This document shows positions 1 to 9,600 of a stretch of DNA of 64,000 nucleotides, piece after piece. Made by a program: the position numbers and the translations under genes. The notes under the pieces are model-generated. The model searched no databases. It worked only from the letters and a program-made list of their open reading frames with translations, and was not told the DNA's origin. The DNA comes from Planctomycetota bacterium (lineage in GTDB: Bacteria > Planctomycetota > UBA1135 > GCA-002748355): positions 218,023 to 282,022 of the forward strand of contig JACKHW010000005.1 of NCBI GenBank assembly GCA_020638795.1. The letters are read 5' to 3'. Position 1 is the stretch's first letter; each line of letters begins with the position of its first letter.

Positions 1-144
1 GTGGCCGCCGGAGGCTGGCGTCCACCCAAGCCCTCTCTGGACACGTCGCCCGGGGACGAGCAGCAACGACAGCCCCGAGGCAGCAGCGACACCGACGCAG
101 CAGCGACAGCACCGAAGCACGTCGGACAGCAAGGCGAGGGATCG

Positions 145-2043
145 CTACGGGAACACGAAGCGAACCGCGTCGGACGCTTCGGGGACGAATGGCGGCCCTT
201 TGGGGTCGTAGATGTAGCACGCGCAGAAGGCGGGTAGCCCCGTCAGACCCGAGTTCTTGGGGATCGGAAGGCGGATTGCTTGGAGACCTTCGGGAGGCAC
301 GACGCCGACGAAGCCCGGGGCGCCATCGACGATGGCGAACAGTGCATCGGCGCGTAGGGGAATCAACGTTGGGCCGACGGGGATGCCAGGAGTCTTGCCG
401 AGGGACAGCCCGAGAGCGATCACTTTGCCCGTCCAGCGATTCGTCGACTCGAAGAAGTGCAGCGCACCACCGCCCGGAGTCGCTGCATCGAGACGTTCGA
501 CGCCGACGCGCAACGGCCACGCCAAAGGGCTCGCCACGCTGTTAGCTGCACCCGGTGTGCCGTAGTCCTTGCTTCCGTACGTTCGCGTCGCCGTCTCGAA
601 GTTGTTCGAGGCGGCACCGATTTCAACGTCCACGCGTTCGGCCGCCTTGCCTAGCCCTCCGGCGAATCCCGAACCGTACGACACACGCTCGAGCGACTTC
701 GAGCCATGCGCGACTTCGATGTTGTCTGCGTCGTCGTGCAGGATGACTGCCCGCGCGGGCCATGAATGCGCGAACGGCAGACCACCGTTTCGCGATGCGT
801 CCCCGTGCTGTGCGAGCAGCAGCGAACGGCGAGGCAGAAGGCGATAGGGCGCGGCGACTTCGAACGAGCCGTTGTTCGCACGCACGACGAGTCCACGCAG
901 ATTGATCGGCGAACCCGATCGATTGAAGACCTCGATGTACTCGCCCCAGAAGAACGATGGTTCGCGCTGGAACTCGCTGATGACGAGGTCGCCTGGCGTC
1001 GGCGTGTTGCCAGCGAACTCATCGGTGTAGAGCTCGACCGATGCACCCGTCTCGGACGAGATCGTGTACCGCCAACCGTCCGTCGCGAGCAGCATCGTGC
1101 CACCACTCGTGAAGCCGGGTTCGCCCGCTCCGGGAGTCGTGCTGATCACGAGACGGTTCTTCGTCGTCGTGCTCATGCGATCGAGCGTCGCGCGGTGAGG
1201 CACGTTGTGCGTGTTCTTGTGCGAACACGAAATCACACACACTTCGGGATCGATCGTGTCGAGCAGATTCTGGTTGGAGCCGTCGTCCCAGCCGTGGTGG
1301 TTCGCGAGATAGACGTCGACGTCACCGCACACTCGACTGACCGGCGTCTCCATGTCGTAGCGACTGCCGCCACCCGTCAGGTCACCGCCGAGCCAACACG
1401 AGAAGTCGCCATAGTCGACGCGCACGACGATCGAGGCGGAGTTCTCGTAGTTGGACGTGCTGTCGATCGCGTGGCGTGTCGACGAGCCGAGGACGTTGCC
1501 GTCGTACGCGAGCACGGTTGCCTTGGCGCCGCCACCGAGGTCGAAGACTTGTCCAAGCGAAACGGTCTTGCGCTTGGAGCCAGCTGCATTCACGTACGTC
1601 GTATAGGACCCGGCAAAACCGCTCGTGTTGCGCGTACCGCGATCCCACACCTCGTCGAACGGCAAGGCGTTCATCACTTCGTCGATGCCGCCGATGTGAT
1701 CACCGTGATAGTGCGACGCGACGACGTAGCGGATGCGCGATACGCCCAACTTCTTCATCGCAGGGACCATCGCTTGGGTGCCCATGCCGTTCGGGCCACC
1801 ATCGAAGACCATGCACGTCCCCGTGGGTCCGACGATCACGATGCCATCGCCCCACTGGACGTTGACGAAGGCGATGCGCAAACCGTTCGGACTACCGACA
1901 GGGCGAACCTGCGATTGCGCGAGCGTCGACAACGCCATCGCAGCAAGACAAGCGGACGCGAACGCTGAGCGCAGCAGCGCGAAAGAGACGAAGGAAGGAG
2001 GCCGCCACGACGGGCGGCGCATCGATCGTGGTTCCGATTCCAT
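145..2043 (-). CDS. Secreted MBL-fold hydrolase (ComEC/Rec2-type metallo-beta-lactamase domain) fused to a lamin-tail (LTD) domain
   Basis: 632-aa ORF with ATG at 2043. Signal peptide ends ...ALSTLA|QSQ. MBL metal motif is ASHYHGDHIGG. LTD-like segment is GDLVISEFQREPSFFWGEYIEVFNRSGSPINLRGL. The last ~110 aa weakly resemble the module shared by other secreted proteins here. Confidence 0.75.
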   Translation of the reverse strand: MESEPRSMRRPSWRPPSFVSFALLRSAFASACLAAMALSTLAQSQVRPVGSPNGLRIAFVNVQWGDGIVIVGPTGTCMVFDGGPNGMGTQAMVPAMKKLGVSRIRYVVASHYHGDHIGGIDEVMNALPFDEVWDRGTRNTSGFAGSYTTYVNAAGSKRKTVSLGQVFDLGGGAKATVLAYDGNVLGSSTRHAIDSTSNYENSASIVVRVDYGDFSCWLGGDLTGGGSRYDMETPVSRVCGDVDVYLANHHGWDDGSNQNLLDTIDPEVCVISCSHKNTHNVPHRATLDRMSTTTKNRLVISTTPGAGEPGFTSGGTMLLATDGWRYTISSETGASVELYTDEFAGNTPTPGDLVISEFQREPSFFWGEYIEVFNRSGSPINLRGLVVRANNGSFEVAAPYRLLPRRSLLLAQHGDASRNGGLPFAHSWPARAVILHDDADNIEVAHGSKSLERVSYGSGFAGGLGKAAERVDVEIGAASNNFETATRTYGSKDYGTPGAANSVASPLAWPLRVGVERLDAATPGGGALHFFESTNRWTGKVIALGLSLGKTPGIPVGPTLIPLRADALFAIVDGAPGFVGVVPPEGLQAIRLPIPKNSGLTGLPAFCACYIYDPKGPPFVPEASDAVRFVFP

Positions 2044-2333
2044 GCGAGTTTCGGGGGGGTCGCGGTTCGAGGAGGACCGCTCGAAGGACGGGAGAGTCGC
2101 GCACTACGCAGAAAGGTCACACACTGGTCGGAGGACGACCGACAGTTCTGGATCTTCTCCCTCGCGGTCTCACGGCACACGAACCGAAAGCGCCGCTGAC
2201 ATGGCGCCGATCGGCGCAAGTCACCACAGACGCCATGCCGCGGACGATTCTCGATTTTCGGCGCAGGTTCGGCTTCGAGAGCCTCCTTCCGGGGCACCAG
2301 GACCGCGCTCTCGATGCCACCGCGTCGAGGTCT

Positions 2334-3542
2334 TTACGTACCGATCTCACCAGCCGGAATGCGCCGAAGCGTGTCGTCGTAGCGCAAGTACTTCGATCCG
2401 CGACGCAGCCACGCTTCTTCGCCCTCTTGGAGAGCATCGTGCAGAGCCCGATCACCCACTCGACCCTCGAGATAGTCGAGCAAGCGCGGGTCGGCGGCGA
2501 GCAACTCGATCGCGGGGCGATCGCTGCGGAACTCGTACTTCTCCGTACGCCAACGGAACTCCGGTGCAAGGTCCTTGATCCACCGCAGCAGCTTCAGCAT
2601 GTGGCGCAGCGAGGGATAACGCGATGGATCGGACGCGTCCGTCAAGTGGATCTGCCAGCCATGGCAGAGTTCGTTGCCGAACTTGTGGAACGTCGGTACG
2701 AAGCGCAATGGCCGCAGTACCGCACCGACTTCGCACGGCGGCTCCTCGCGCATGAGCGGCGCGAGCCACGACGCGCCGAAGATCTCGAACGGACGCGTGG
2801 TGCCGCGGCCTTCACTGAGGTTGGTGCCCTCGAGCAGACAACCACCGGCGTAGACGCGCGCTGTGTTCGCGGTCGGCATGTTGGGCGATGGCGACACCGG
2901 GTCGTGCCACTCGAACGGATCGCGGCACGGCAGCACGTGCATCGTGACATCGGCACCGGTCACCTCCTGATAGAACGACGCGAGTTCCGCCGTCGTCAGC
3001 CCATGACGATGCGGCAGACCCGGCCGCCCGACGAACGACTCGTGTTCTGCGGCAAGCGCGATCCCCTCGACGTAGCGACCGCAAGGGTTCGGTCGATCGA
3101 GGATCCACACGTCGAGCTTCGAACCGTCTGACGCGACACGATCGAAGACGTAGCTCAGCGTCGTCGCGAACGTGTAGTACCGCGCACCGACGTCCTGCAG
3201 ATCGACGACGAGCGCATCGAGATCCGCGAGGTGCGCCGACGAGACCGTCAGGCTGTCTTCCGTGTCGCCGTAGAGCGAGACGACTTCGGCCTCGATCCCG
3301 AGGTCGCGATAGACCCGCGCATCCTGCGGAAGTTGATCCTGCAGTTCGGCGAACAGCCCGTGCTCGGGCGCGAACACGCGCTGCAGGTTGCCGCGCTTCG
3401 ACAGCGCATCCCAGAGGTAGCAGCCACGCGTGGTCGACCAGCTCGTCATGTTGGCGAGGAGCCCGAGCCGCCCTTCGTGGAGGACGGCATCGTTGCGCGC
3501 GAGGAAGTCGTCGATCGGATCGTGCGTGTGCGTGTCGGGCAT
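2334..3542 (-). CDS. DUF1343 family protein (NamZ-like exo-beta-N-acetylmuramidase family)
   Basis: 402-aa ORF with ATG at 3542. Motifs LLANMTSW, FAPEHG and DLQDVGARYYTF are characteristic of DUF1343. Confidence 0.8.
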   Translation of the reverse strand: MPDTHTHDPIDDFLARNDAVLHEGRLGLLANMTSWSTTRGCYLWDALSKRGNLQRVFAPEHGLFAELQDQLPQDARVYRDLGIEAEVVSLYGDTEDSLTVSSAHLADLDALVVDLQDVGARYYTFATTLSYVFDRVASDGSKLDVWILDRPNPCGRYVEGIALAAEHESFVGRPGLPHRHGLTTAELASFYQEVTGADVTMHVLPCRDPFEWHDPVSPSPNMPTANTARVYAGGCLLEGTNLSEGRGTTRPFEIFGASWLAPLMREEPPCEVGAVLRPLRFVPTFHKFGNELCHGWQIHLTDASDPSRYPSLRHMLKLLRWIKDLAPEFRWRTEKYEFRSDRPAIELLAADPRLLDYLEGRVGDRALHDALQEGEEAWLRRGSKYLRYDDTLRRIPAGEIGT

Positions 3543-3554
3543 GTCCGCAGGAAC

Positions 3555-3961
3555 CTATCCGCAGCACCGCGAAAGCGAAATGCCCACGGCGGTCAGGCAC
3601 TCACGCGTTCGAAGAAACTCGTCACGCGAGCACGCGTCGGCTCCGAGCGCGAGCGCTTCGAGCACGTCGAGGGCCGTGATGATCTTGCGGCTCGCGAGCA
3701 GCCGGACCTTCGATCGCAGAACATGATGCTCGCGGGCCGCATGCACGCGCGGCAATGAGTGCGCGAGCGGCATCCCTACCGAGTCGCTGTCTTCGAGCGG
3801 TGCCGCGCCGGTTCCGTCTTCTTCACCATCGACCGTGATGAAGTCGGGGACGATGCCGGTGTCCTGCATCGCGCTGCAAGTGCTTCGAACTCACGCATCG
3901 AGCCGACACAGAGCAGGCAGCCCACGATCAGGATGAAGAAGGCAGGCTTGACGAAGCGCAT
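3555..3961 (-). pseudogene. Remnant of an FMN-binding glutamate-synthase-family (YerD-like) gene
   Basis: Frame A (3961 down to ~3899) encodes only a TM-like N-terminus, MRFVKPAFFILIVGCLLCVGS. Frame B (3869..3555) encodes a 104-aa internal piece, PDFITVDGEEDGTGAAPLE...GMPL...RKIITALDVLEALALGADAC. That piece matches the GltS FMN-domain core (xDxItIDGxxGGTGAxP ... GKIxTxxDxxxAlALGAD), which sits around residue 330 of ~500-aa relatives. The frames differ and about 300 codons are missing. Confidence 0.5.
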
Positions 3962-4098
3962 CGTTCCGTTCCTCGGGTTGCAGCTTGCAAACGGACGACT
4001 GCGAACAACGCGAACTCCCCGCTGCTTTTGTCTGTGCGATTCACAGTGCGGTCAGCGCTGAGGTCTCCGTCCGAGAAATCAATCAAGGAGAGACCGAG

Positions 4099-5199
4099 AT
4101 GAACACCTTCCGAAAGACACTTCCACTGATCGTCGCGATGACCGCCACTGGCTTCTTGCACGCGCAAGACGGAACGGAGAACGTACAGATCGAGAGCTAC
4201 GGTGTGAGCTGCGGTGCGCAGCTGACTGGCTCGATCGCAACGAGGCGGCTCGCGATCACGGTGACGGATGCACTGCCGTGCCAACCGGTCGCGATCGTGC
4301 TCGGTTCGCATGCGCAGAGCTTGGCGCTGCCGGGATCGCCGTGCCGTCTGCTCACGAATGCGCAGCTTTCGGTGCCGTTGCTCGCGAACTCGCGCGGTGC
4401 GGCATCGCTCGAGATTCCGCTGCCCGGAGCGTTCTCGAGCCTCTTCGCCCAGGCAATCGCGCATGACGCGGGCAAGCAGCGCTTCGTCGGTTCGCAAGGC
4501 TTGGCCGTGCACGATGCCACAAAGGACGAGCGCGTGATCGCGGTCGTGCGGGCGGGCGGTTCGTACATCCGCTTCGTCGAATCCGAACCCGGCGAGCTCC
4601 TCATCGTCGCGCTCGATGGCACGAAGGCGCATCGCGATGCATTCGCGCGCTACGAAAGCGGCGCGATCACGGCCGCCGAACTCTATACGTCACTCTCCGG
4701 ATTGACCGCGCCGAGCGCGCTTCGAGCGCTCTCCGTGAAGGTCGCGAATGCGCGCAAGTCGGAGACCATCGAAACGCCTCTGCAGGGTTCGATTCTGGCA
4801 CCGTTCGTCGGAGTGCTGCCCGGTGCAGTTCCGGGGCCTCGCGGGCAGAGTGGCAACGCCGGTCCCGCGGCATGCAACAGCGCCTCGTGGTTCACCGGCA
4901 TGTATTGCAATCACCCCGGGGACTTCGAGTACTGCTGGACCAACTTGACGGGCAATCCGTGGGTCCAGAAGTACTGCCACGCGATGTATGGACGCGTCGC
5001 CTCGGTGAGCGGCAACTTCGGGTTTGCCTACAGGCGCTGGAACGGCAGCAGTTGGTACATCGTTTGGTCGACCAACGTGACGACCTGCCAGACCTTCTAC
5101 TGCAACGCGAGCTACTCGTCGCCCCGGCACTGGCGCCGGATGGACGTCGCAGGCGGCGACGGCGATCTCAAGCACTTCCGCGTCGCCGGCTACAACTGA
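4099..5199 (+). CDS. Secreted hypothetical protein with the two-Cys shared module at the N-terminus and a Cys/Trp/Tyr-rich C-terminal domain
   Basis: ATG at 4099 is preceded by AAGGAG (4085-4090). Signal peptide is MNTFRKTLPLIVAMTATGFLHA|QDG. The track ORF starts upstream at 3985, but that extension lacks a signal peptide. Confidence 0.7.
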   Translation: MNTFRKTLPLIVAMTATGFLHAQDGTENVQIESYGVSCGAQLTGSIATRRLAITVTDALPCQPVAIVLGSHAQSLALPGSPCRLLTNAQLSVPLLANSRGAASLEIPLPGAFSSLFAQAIAHDAGKQRFVGSQGLAVHDATKDERVIAVVRAGGSYIRFVESEPGELLIVALDGTKAHRDAFARYESGAITAAELYTSLSGLTAPSALRALSVKVANARKSETIETPLQGSILAPFVGVLPGAVPGPRGQSGNAGPAACNSASWFTGMYCNHPGDFEYCWTNLTGNPWVQKYCHAMYGRVASVSGNFGFAYRRWNGSSWYIVWSTNVTTCQTFYCNASYSSPRHWRRMDVAGGDGDLKHFRVAGYN

Positions 5200-5376
5200 T
5201 CGACCACATGCTCCGGCTCGTCGCTCAGCGCATCTCGAGCGCGAACACCAGCGAGAGCTGGGCGAGACTTGCCGATGCACGCTCCTGGGTATCGGATGAC
5301 GAGGGAAAGCGCATTCTCCACTCAATCGTCGAACGCGTCGCGCAAAGAGTAATCGTCGATTGGTGAGGCACAGTAC

Positions 5377-5673
5377 TCACCTTCTTGCGCTGCGGGCTCT
5401 TGCGACCTGTCGCTTCCGCCCAGCAGCCAAAAAGGCGGCTCCGATGGCGATCGACGCGAGGTAGGGCGCGGCACTCAACCAGGTCAAATGGTCGGGACCT
5501 CCTCGGAAGTCGATCAGATCATAGAAGTGCAAACTCGAGATCCCCAAGAACCCGCAGATCATGAGGACGATCGCGGAAACGCGCAGCCACTCCACCCTCT
5601 TCCTGGTCACGAGAAGCGACACGGCGAAGAGGCCGTCCGCGATCATGAACAGCTCGAACCAGGTAATGATCAC
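5377..5673 (-). CDS. Small integral membrane protein (about 3 TM helices)
   Basis: GTG at 5673 overlaps the TGA stop of the upstream GT2 gene (GTGA, 5670-5673). The product, VIITWFELFMIADGLFAVSLLV...SAIVLMICGFLGISSL...YLASIAIGAAFLAAG, is hydrophobic. The remainder of the 312-aa track ORF is Arg-rich shadow sequence. Confidence 0.5.
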   Translation of the reverse strand: MIITWFELFMIADGLFAVSLLVTRKRVEWLRVSAIVLMICGFLGISSLHFYDLIDFRGGPDHLTWLSAAPYLASIAIGAAFLAAGRKRQVARARSARR

Positions 5674-6584
5674 GCGTTCGACCGTCCTCGCCCGACCACC
5701 TGCCCCGCCGCCTTCTTGAGCTCCCCCGCGAGCGCCGGCGCCATGCGCAGGAAGCGCTTGCGCAGCCGCGCGCGTACGCGTCGCTTGTCGCGTGCACTCA
5801 GGTCCTGCGCGGCGAGCACACGGCGCATTTCGCGCCACAGGCCCCACATCGGCATCACGACGCGTTTGCCATGCTTGGGGTCGAACCACGTCGCGAGGCG
5901 TTGGGGCGTCGCGGCTTCGATCATCGACGTGCCGGGGTGCAACCTGCGGACGAAGAGCGGCTCGTCGATCTCGCGGAACGTGCCGGCGAACGCGAGTTCG
6001 AATAGCAATGTCTGGTCGGATGCGACGTGGGTCGCGATCTTCGGTGTCTTGGCGAGCGCGGACGAGCGGAAGACGCCGAAGATCGACATCCAGACGTCGT
6101 CGTTCTGGTCGGCGAAGTCGAGCAGGTGCAGGGCGCGTGCCGCGGGGTCGGCGTCGAGCAGATCGAGCGTGCCGCCCGAGTCGCGCAGGAGCTGATCGTC
6201 TTCGTCGATATAGCGCGTCTTGGGGAACGCGACGACGCACGACGGATCGCGTTCGAGCGCTTCGACGCAGCGGCGGAAGAAGCCGGGCGCACACAGGTCG
6301 TCGTGAGCCGCCCACTTGAAGTACTTCCCACGTGCGTGCTCGAAGACGAGGTTGTAGTTGCCAGCGCCACCGACGTTGACCTCGTTGCGCGCGATCGACA
6401 CGCGAGCGTCGTTCGCGGCGATGCGTTCACAAATAGCGACCGTGTCGTCGGTCGATGCGTTGTCGCGGATGACGACTTCGAAGTCGGCGAAGTCCTGCGC
6501 GAGGATCGAGCTCAACGCTTCTTCGATCCAGCGCGCACCGTTGCGCACCGGCATGCCGATACTGAGGACCGGGTCTCGCCCCAT
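5670..6584 (-). CDS. Family 2 glycosyltransferase
   Basis: 304 aa. N-terminal GT-A motifs are LSIGMPVRNGARWIEEALSSILAQDFADFEVVIRDNASTDDT and a DxD-like AAHDD. Confidence 0.85.
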   Translation of the reverse strand: MGRDPVLSIGMPVRNGARWIEEALSSILAQDFADFEVVIRDNASTDDTVAICERIAANDARVSIARNEVNVGGAGNYNLVFEHARGKYFKWAAHDDLCAPGFFRRCVEALERDPSCVVAFPKTRYIDEDDQLLRDSGGTLDLLDADPAARALHLLDFADQNDDVWMSIFGVFRSSALAKTPKIATHVASDQTLLFELAFAGTFREIDEPLFVRRLHPGTSMIEAATPQRLATWFDPKHGKRVVMPMWGLWREMRRVLAAQDLSARDKRRVRARLRKRFLRMAPALAGELKKAAGQVVGRGRSNA

Positions 6585-6603
6585 ACGGAGAAGACTACCG
6601 GCG

Positions 6604-9600
6604 CTACCGCACCTTGCCCCCGCGCTTCTCCAAAAGCGGCGTGAAGTAGCGGTAGTAGACCTCGAGGCTCAGCACGCACATCGCGGTCGTGTAGCTGCGA
6701 TCCTTGCGCGTGTCCTTCGCGTAGCGCGCGTAGGCCCCGACCGGCGCGAAACTCCCGTCCGAGCTCTGGCCGCGTGGCAGCTCGACGCGCAGCTTCTCGT
6801 TCCAGAGCCGCCATGCGTCGCCGCCGCGGAAGAAGCACGCGAGCGTGCCGTAGTACCAGAAGTACGGGTTCCCGGCCCCCCGCTGCACGAAGTCGTCGTC
6901 GCTTGCCCGCGCGTACTTCTCGATGCGGCGATCGGTCGTGAAGCGCAGCCCCGTCTCGATGCGCGGATCTTCCGGATCCTGGCCGAGCAACAAGAGGCAG
7001 AACACCGATGCAGGAGTCGACGCTGGCAGCGTGCGCCACGTCATCTGCAAACGCTGCGGTTCCTTCGTGTAGAGGAAGTAGCCGTAGCGATCATCGAACA
7101 TTTCGAGCAAGAAGCCCTTCGCCATCGCGAGCGCTCGCTCCGGGACGTCGAGCCCCGAACGACGCGCCGACTCGAGGGCCATGATCTGCCAACTCGAAAC
7201 CGAGGCACGGCTGTACGGATCCTCGGGCTTCAGCGTCGGACTGTAGTAGCCCCAACCACCGCGACTGTGCCGCGGTCCGCCGTCTCTCTGCTGCTCGAGG
7301 ATCCAGTCAACCGCGTGGCTCAGTGGCTTCTGCAGCCATGGCAGCTTGGTCAGCGCGTAGCACTCGGCAAGCGCGTACGTCGTGATGCCGTGGCTGTAGG
7401 ACGACGAACGCCCGAAGTGCCCCGTGTCCTCGTCCTGACTCGCGAGCAGAAAGCGGATCGCGCGCGCGACGTTGGTCGCGTACTGCCCCTTGCCGACCGG
7501 ATCGCCGTCCTGCCCGGGCGCGGGGATCGTCGGTGGCAGGTTGCCCGCACCGAGGAAGGCGAGCAGACAGAGCGCCGACTTGCCGACGCGCACTTCGCCG
7601 TACTTCTCGTCGTAGTCGTCCTCTTCGCCCCAACCACCATCGTCTCGTTGGATCTTGGCGAGGTAGCGAAGGCCCTTCTGCACCGCGAGTTCGGTCTCCT
7701 CGGTGCCGCCGAAGCGCGCGAGCGCCTCGACCTTCTTCTTGCCGAAGCGGTTCGCATAGAGCGAGACCTCGGCGGGCTTCTTCTCCGTGACCGGTACGAC
7801 TCGTACGCGTCGCTGTGCACGATCGACCTGCGTCGACGGTGGAAGCACGCTGCCGGCATCGAGTCCGTCACGCCGGCGTTCGTCGCCGAGCATCGCGACC
7901 GGGCTCGAGGGCAAGGTCTCGACCTTTTGGATGCGTGGCAGAGCAACGCGTTCGACGCTGACCGACGGCGGCCCCTCGGTCGCACGCCGAATCGGGACAG
8001 CGCGGGACGCGATAGGCGCGTTCACGGCAACCGCTGTCGCCGGCACCGAGACGCGGCGTGACGACATCGGCCTGGCGCGTGCGACGCGTTCGGATCTTCC
8101 TCCGACGCGGACGACGCGTGGCTTGGCGAGATCGAACTCGGGCGGTGCGACGCTCGCGCCTTCGACGAAACTCGGAGCAGGTTGCGCGTCGAGCGCTCGC
8201 TGCGGCTGCGCCACGGCGGCGCGTGCTTCGTCGGCCTTCGTCACGAGTTCGCGTGCGGTCACGCGCGACTCGTCGAGTGCGGTCCCGGGCTTCGGTGCAT
8301 CGGCGATCGCGCCCGTGTCCACTGGCGTGTCGACCGCGATTGCGGGCGCGAGGCCGGGTCGCGGCCCGTTGGCGACGAGCGGCCGGCCGTCGCGCGTCCG
8401 TGCTGGCGGTGCACGGCGCGTGCGTGGCTTGGCGAAATCGGTGGACGGCGGCGCAATCTCCGCAGCGATGTCGTCGACCGGGCGTTCCGCTTCGGCCTTG
8501 TTCGCTGCTGCCGTCACGACCTCGGACGACGCGCGTTGGATCGTTGCGGCCTTGGCGGTCAGCGCTTCGCCCGTTTCGTCCGACTTCGCCCTACCCTTCG
8601 CGCTCGCGACACGATTCGCATCGGGCGTGTCCCGCAACTGCGGCTCGCGTGCCGACAGCTCGCGCTGCGTGACGGCGGGAGCGACACGTGCCATCCGTTC
8701 TGGTCCGGGGCGCTTCGAGGTCACACCGGACAAGACCGCATCGGGTGCGGGCAGATTCGCTTGTTGCTCGAGGTCGCGCGCCTTGCTGTCCGCGACACGT
8801 TCGGCATCGGGAACCGTCTCGAGCCGCGCGGTGCTCGTCGAAGCTGCCGCCGGTCGTGCCATCGCGGGATCCGCGTTCATGCCGAGCTTCGCTTCGACGG
8901 CCTCGAAGGCGGAGTCGGTTTCGACGGTCGGAATCGCGATCGCTACGGGCTCCTGCGCGCGCACGTCCCGGCTCGCTGCCGGCACACTGCGAGCAGCGGT
9001 CTCGCCCGACTTCGGCGTCGCGTCCGCAAGAGTCGACGCGGACGGGATCGCGACTTCGATCACCGCTCGTTCGGCAGCGCGCTGAGGGTCGGCGGCCTCG
9101 GTCTTCGCTTGTTCTGCAGTCGTCGCGATCGCGTCCGGAGCCACCGTCGTGTCCTGCCCGGACTTGGGCGCGAACTTCGGCAACTCCTCGGTCACGGCAC
9201 GCGCCTCGGTCGTCGGCGCATCGAGCTTCGCGACTTCGGTCGTGAGTTCGCGCGAACGGTCCGCCAAGAACTCCGCACGTTCCTGTCCGTCGCGCGCCGC
9301 GGTCGCCACCGATGTCTGCGGGACTACCGGCGCGAGGTCTCGTTCGAAACCTTCGAACTCGCGTCGCTGCCCGAGATCCGACTCCGCCCGCGCAGGCGCT
9401 TCGTCGGGTGCGCGCTCGCCCGTGAGTTCTGCCGAACTCATGAGGCGTACTTCGACGCGATCCCCGACTTCAGGCACCGGTGGCAAGAACGTGCGCACGA
9501 TCTCGACGCGCATCAACCACAGGAGCAGGAGCAAGTGGATCAGGAGCGATGCGAGCAAGCACTGCGTGATGACGTCGAGCGCTGTCCACCGTCCACCGAG

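Noticed and set aside
1-237. 78-aa + strand ORF at the left edge, and a possible minus-strand start (GTG at 120) reading VLRCCRCCVGVAAASGLSLLLV... off the edge
   Set aside because: The + ORF overlaps the MBL gene tail and looks non-coding. The minus-strand candidate has only 40 codons in the window and no RBS, which is too little to support a call.
2204-2217. Perfect 14-bp palindrome GCGCCGATCGGCGC between the DUF1343 and MBL genes
   Set aside because: By rough estimate, GC-only palindromes of this length should occur several times by chance in 64 kb of GC-rich DNA. There is no flanking U-tract and no second copy.
5362-5381. Hairpin GGTGAG-gcacagta-CTCACC followed by TTCTT in the convergent spacer
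   Set aside because: It overlaps the stop codon of the small membrane-protein gene, the stem is only 6 bp and the T-run is weak. Terminator function is unproven.
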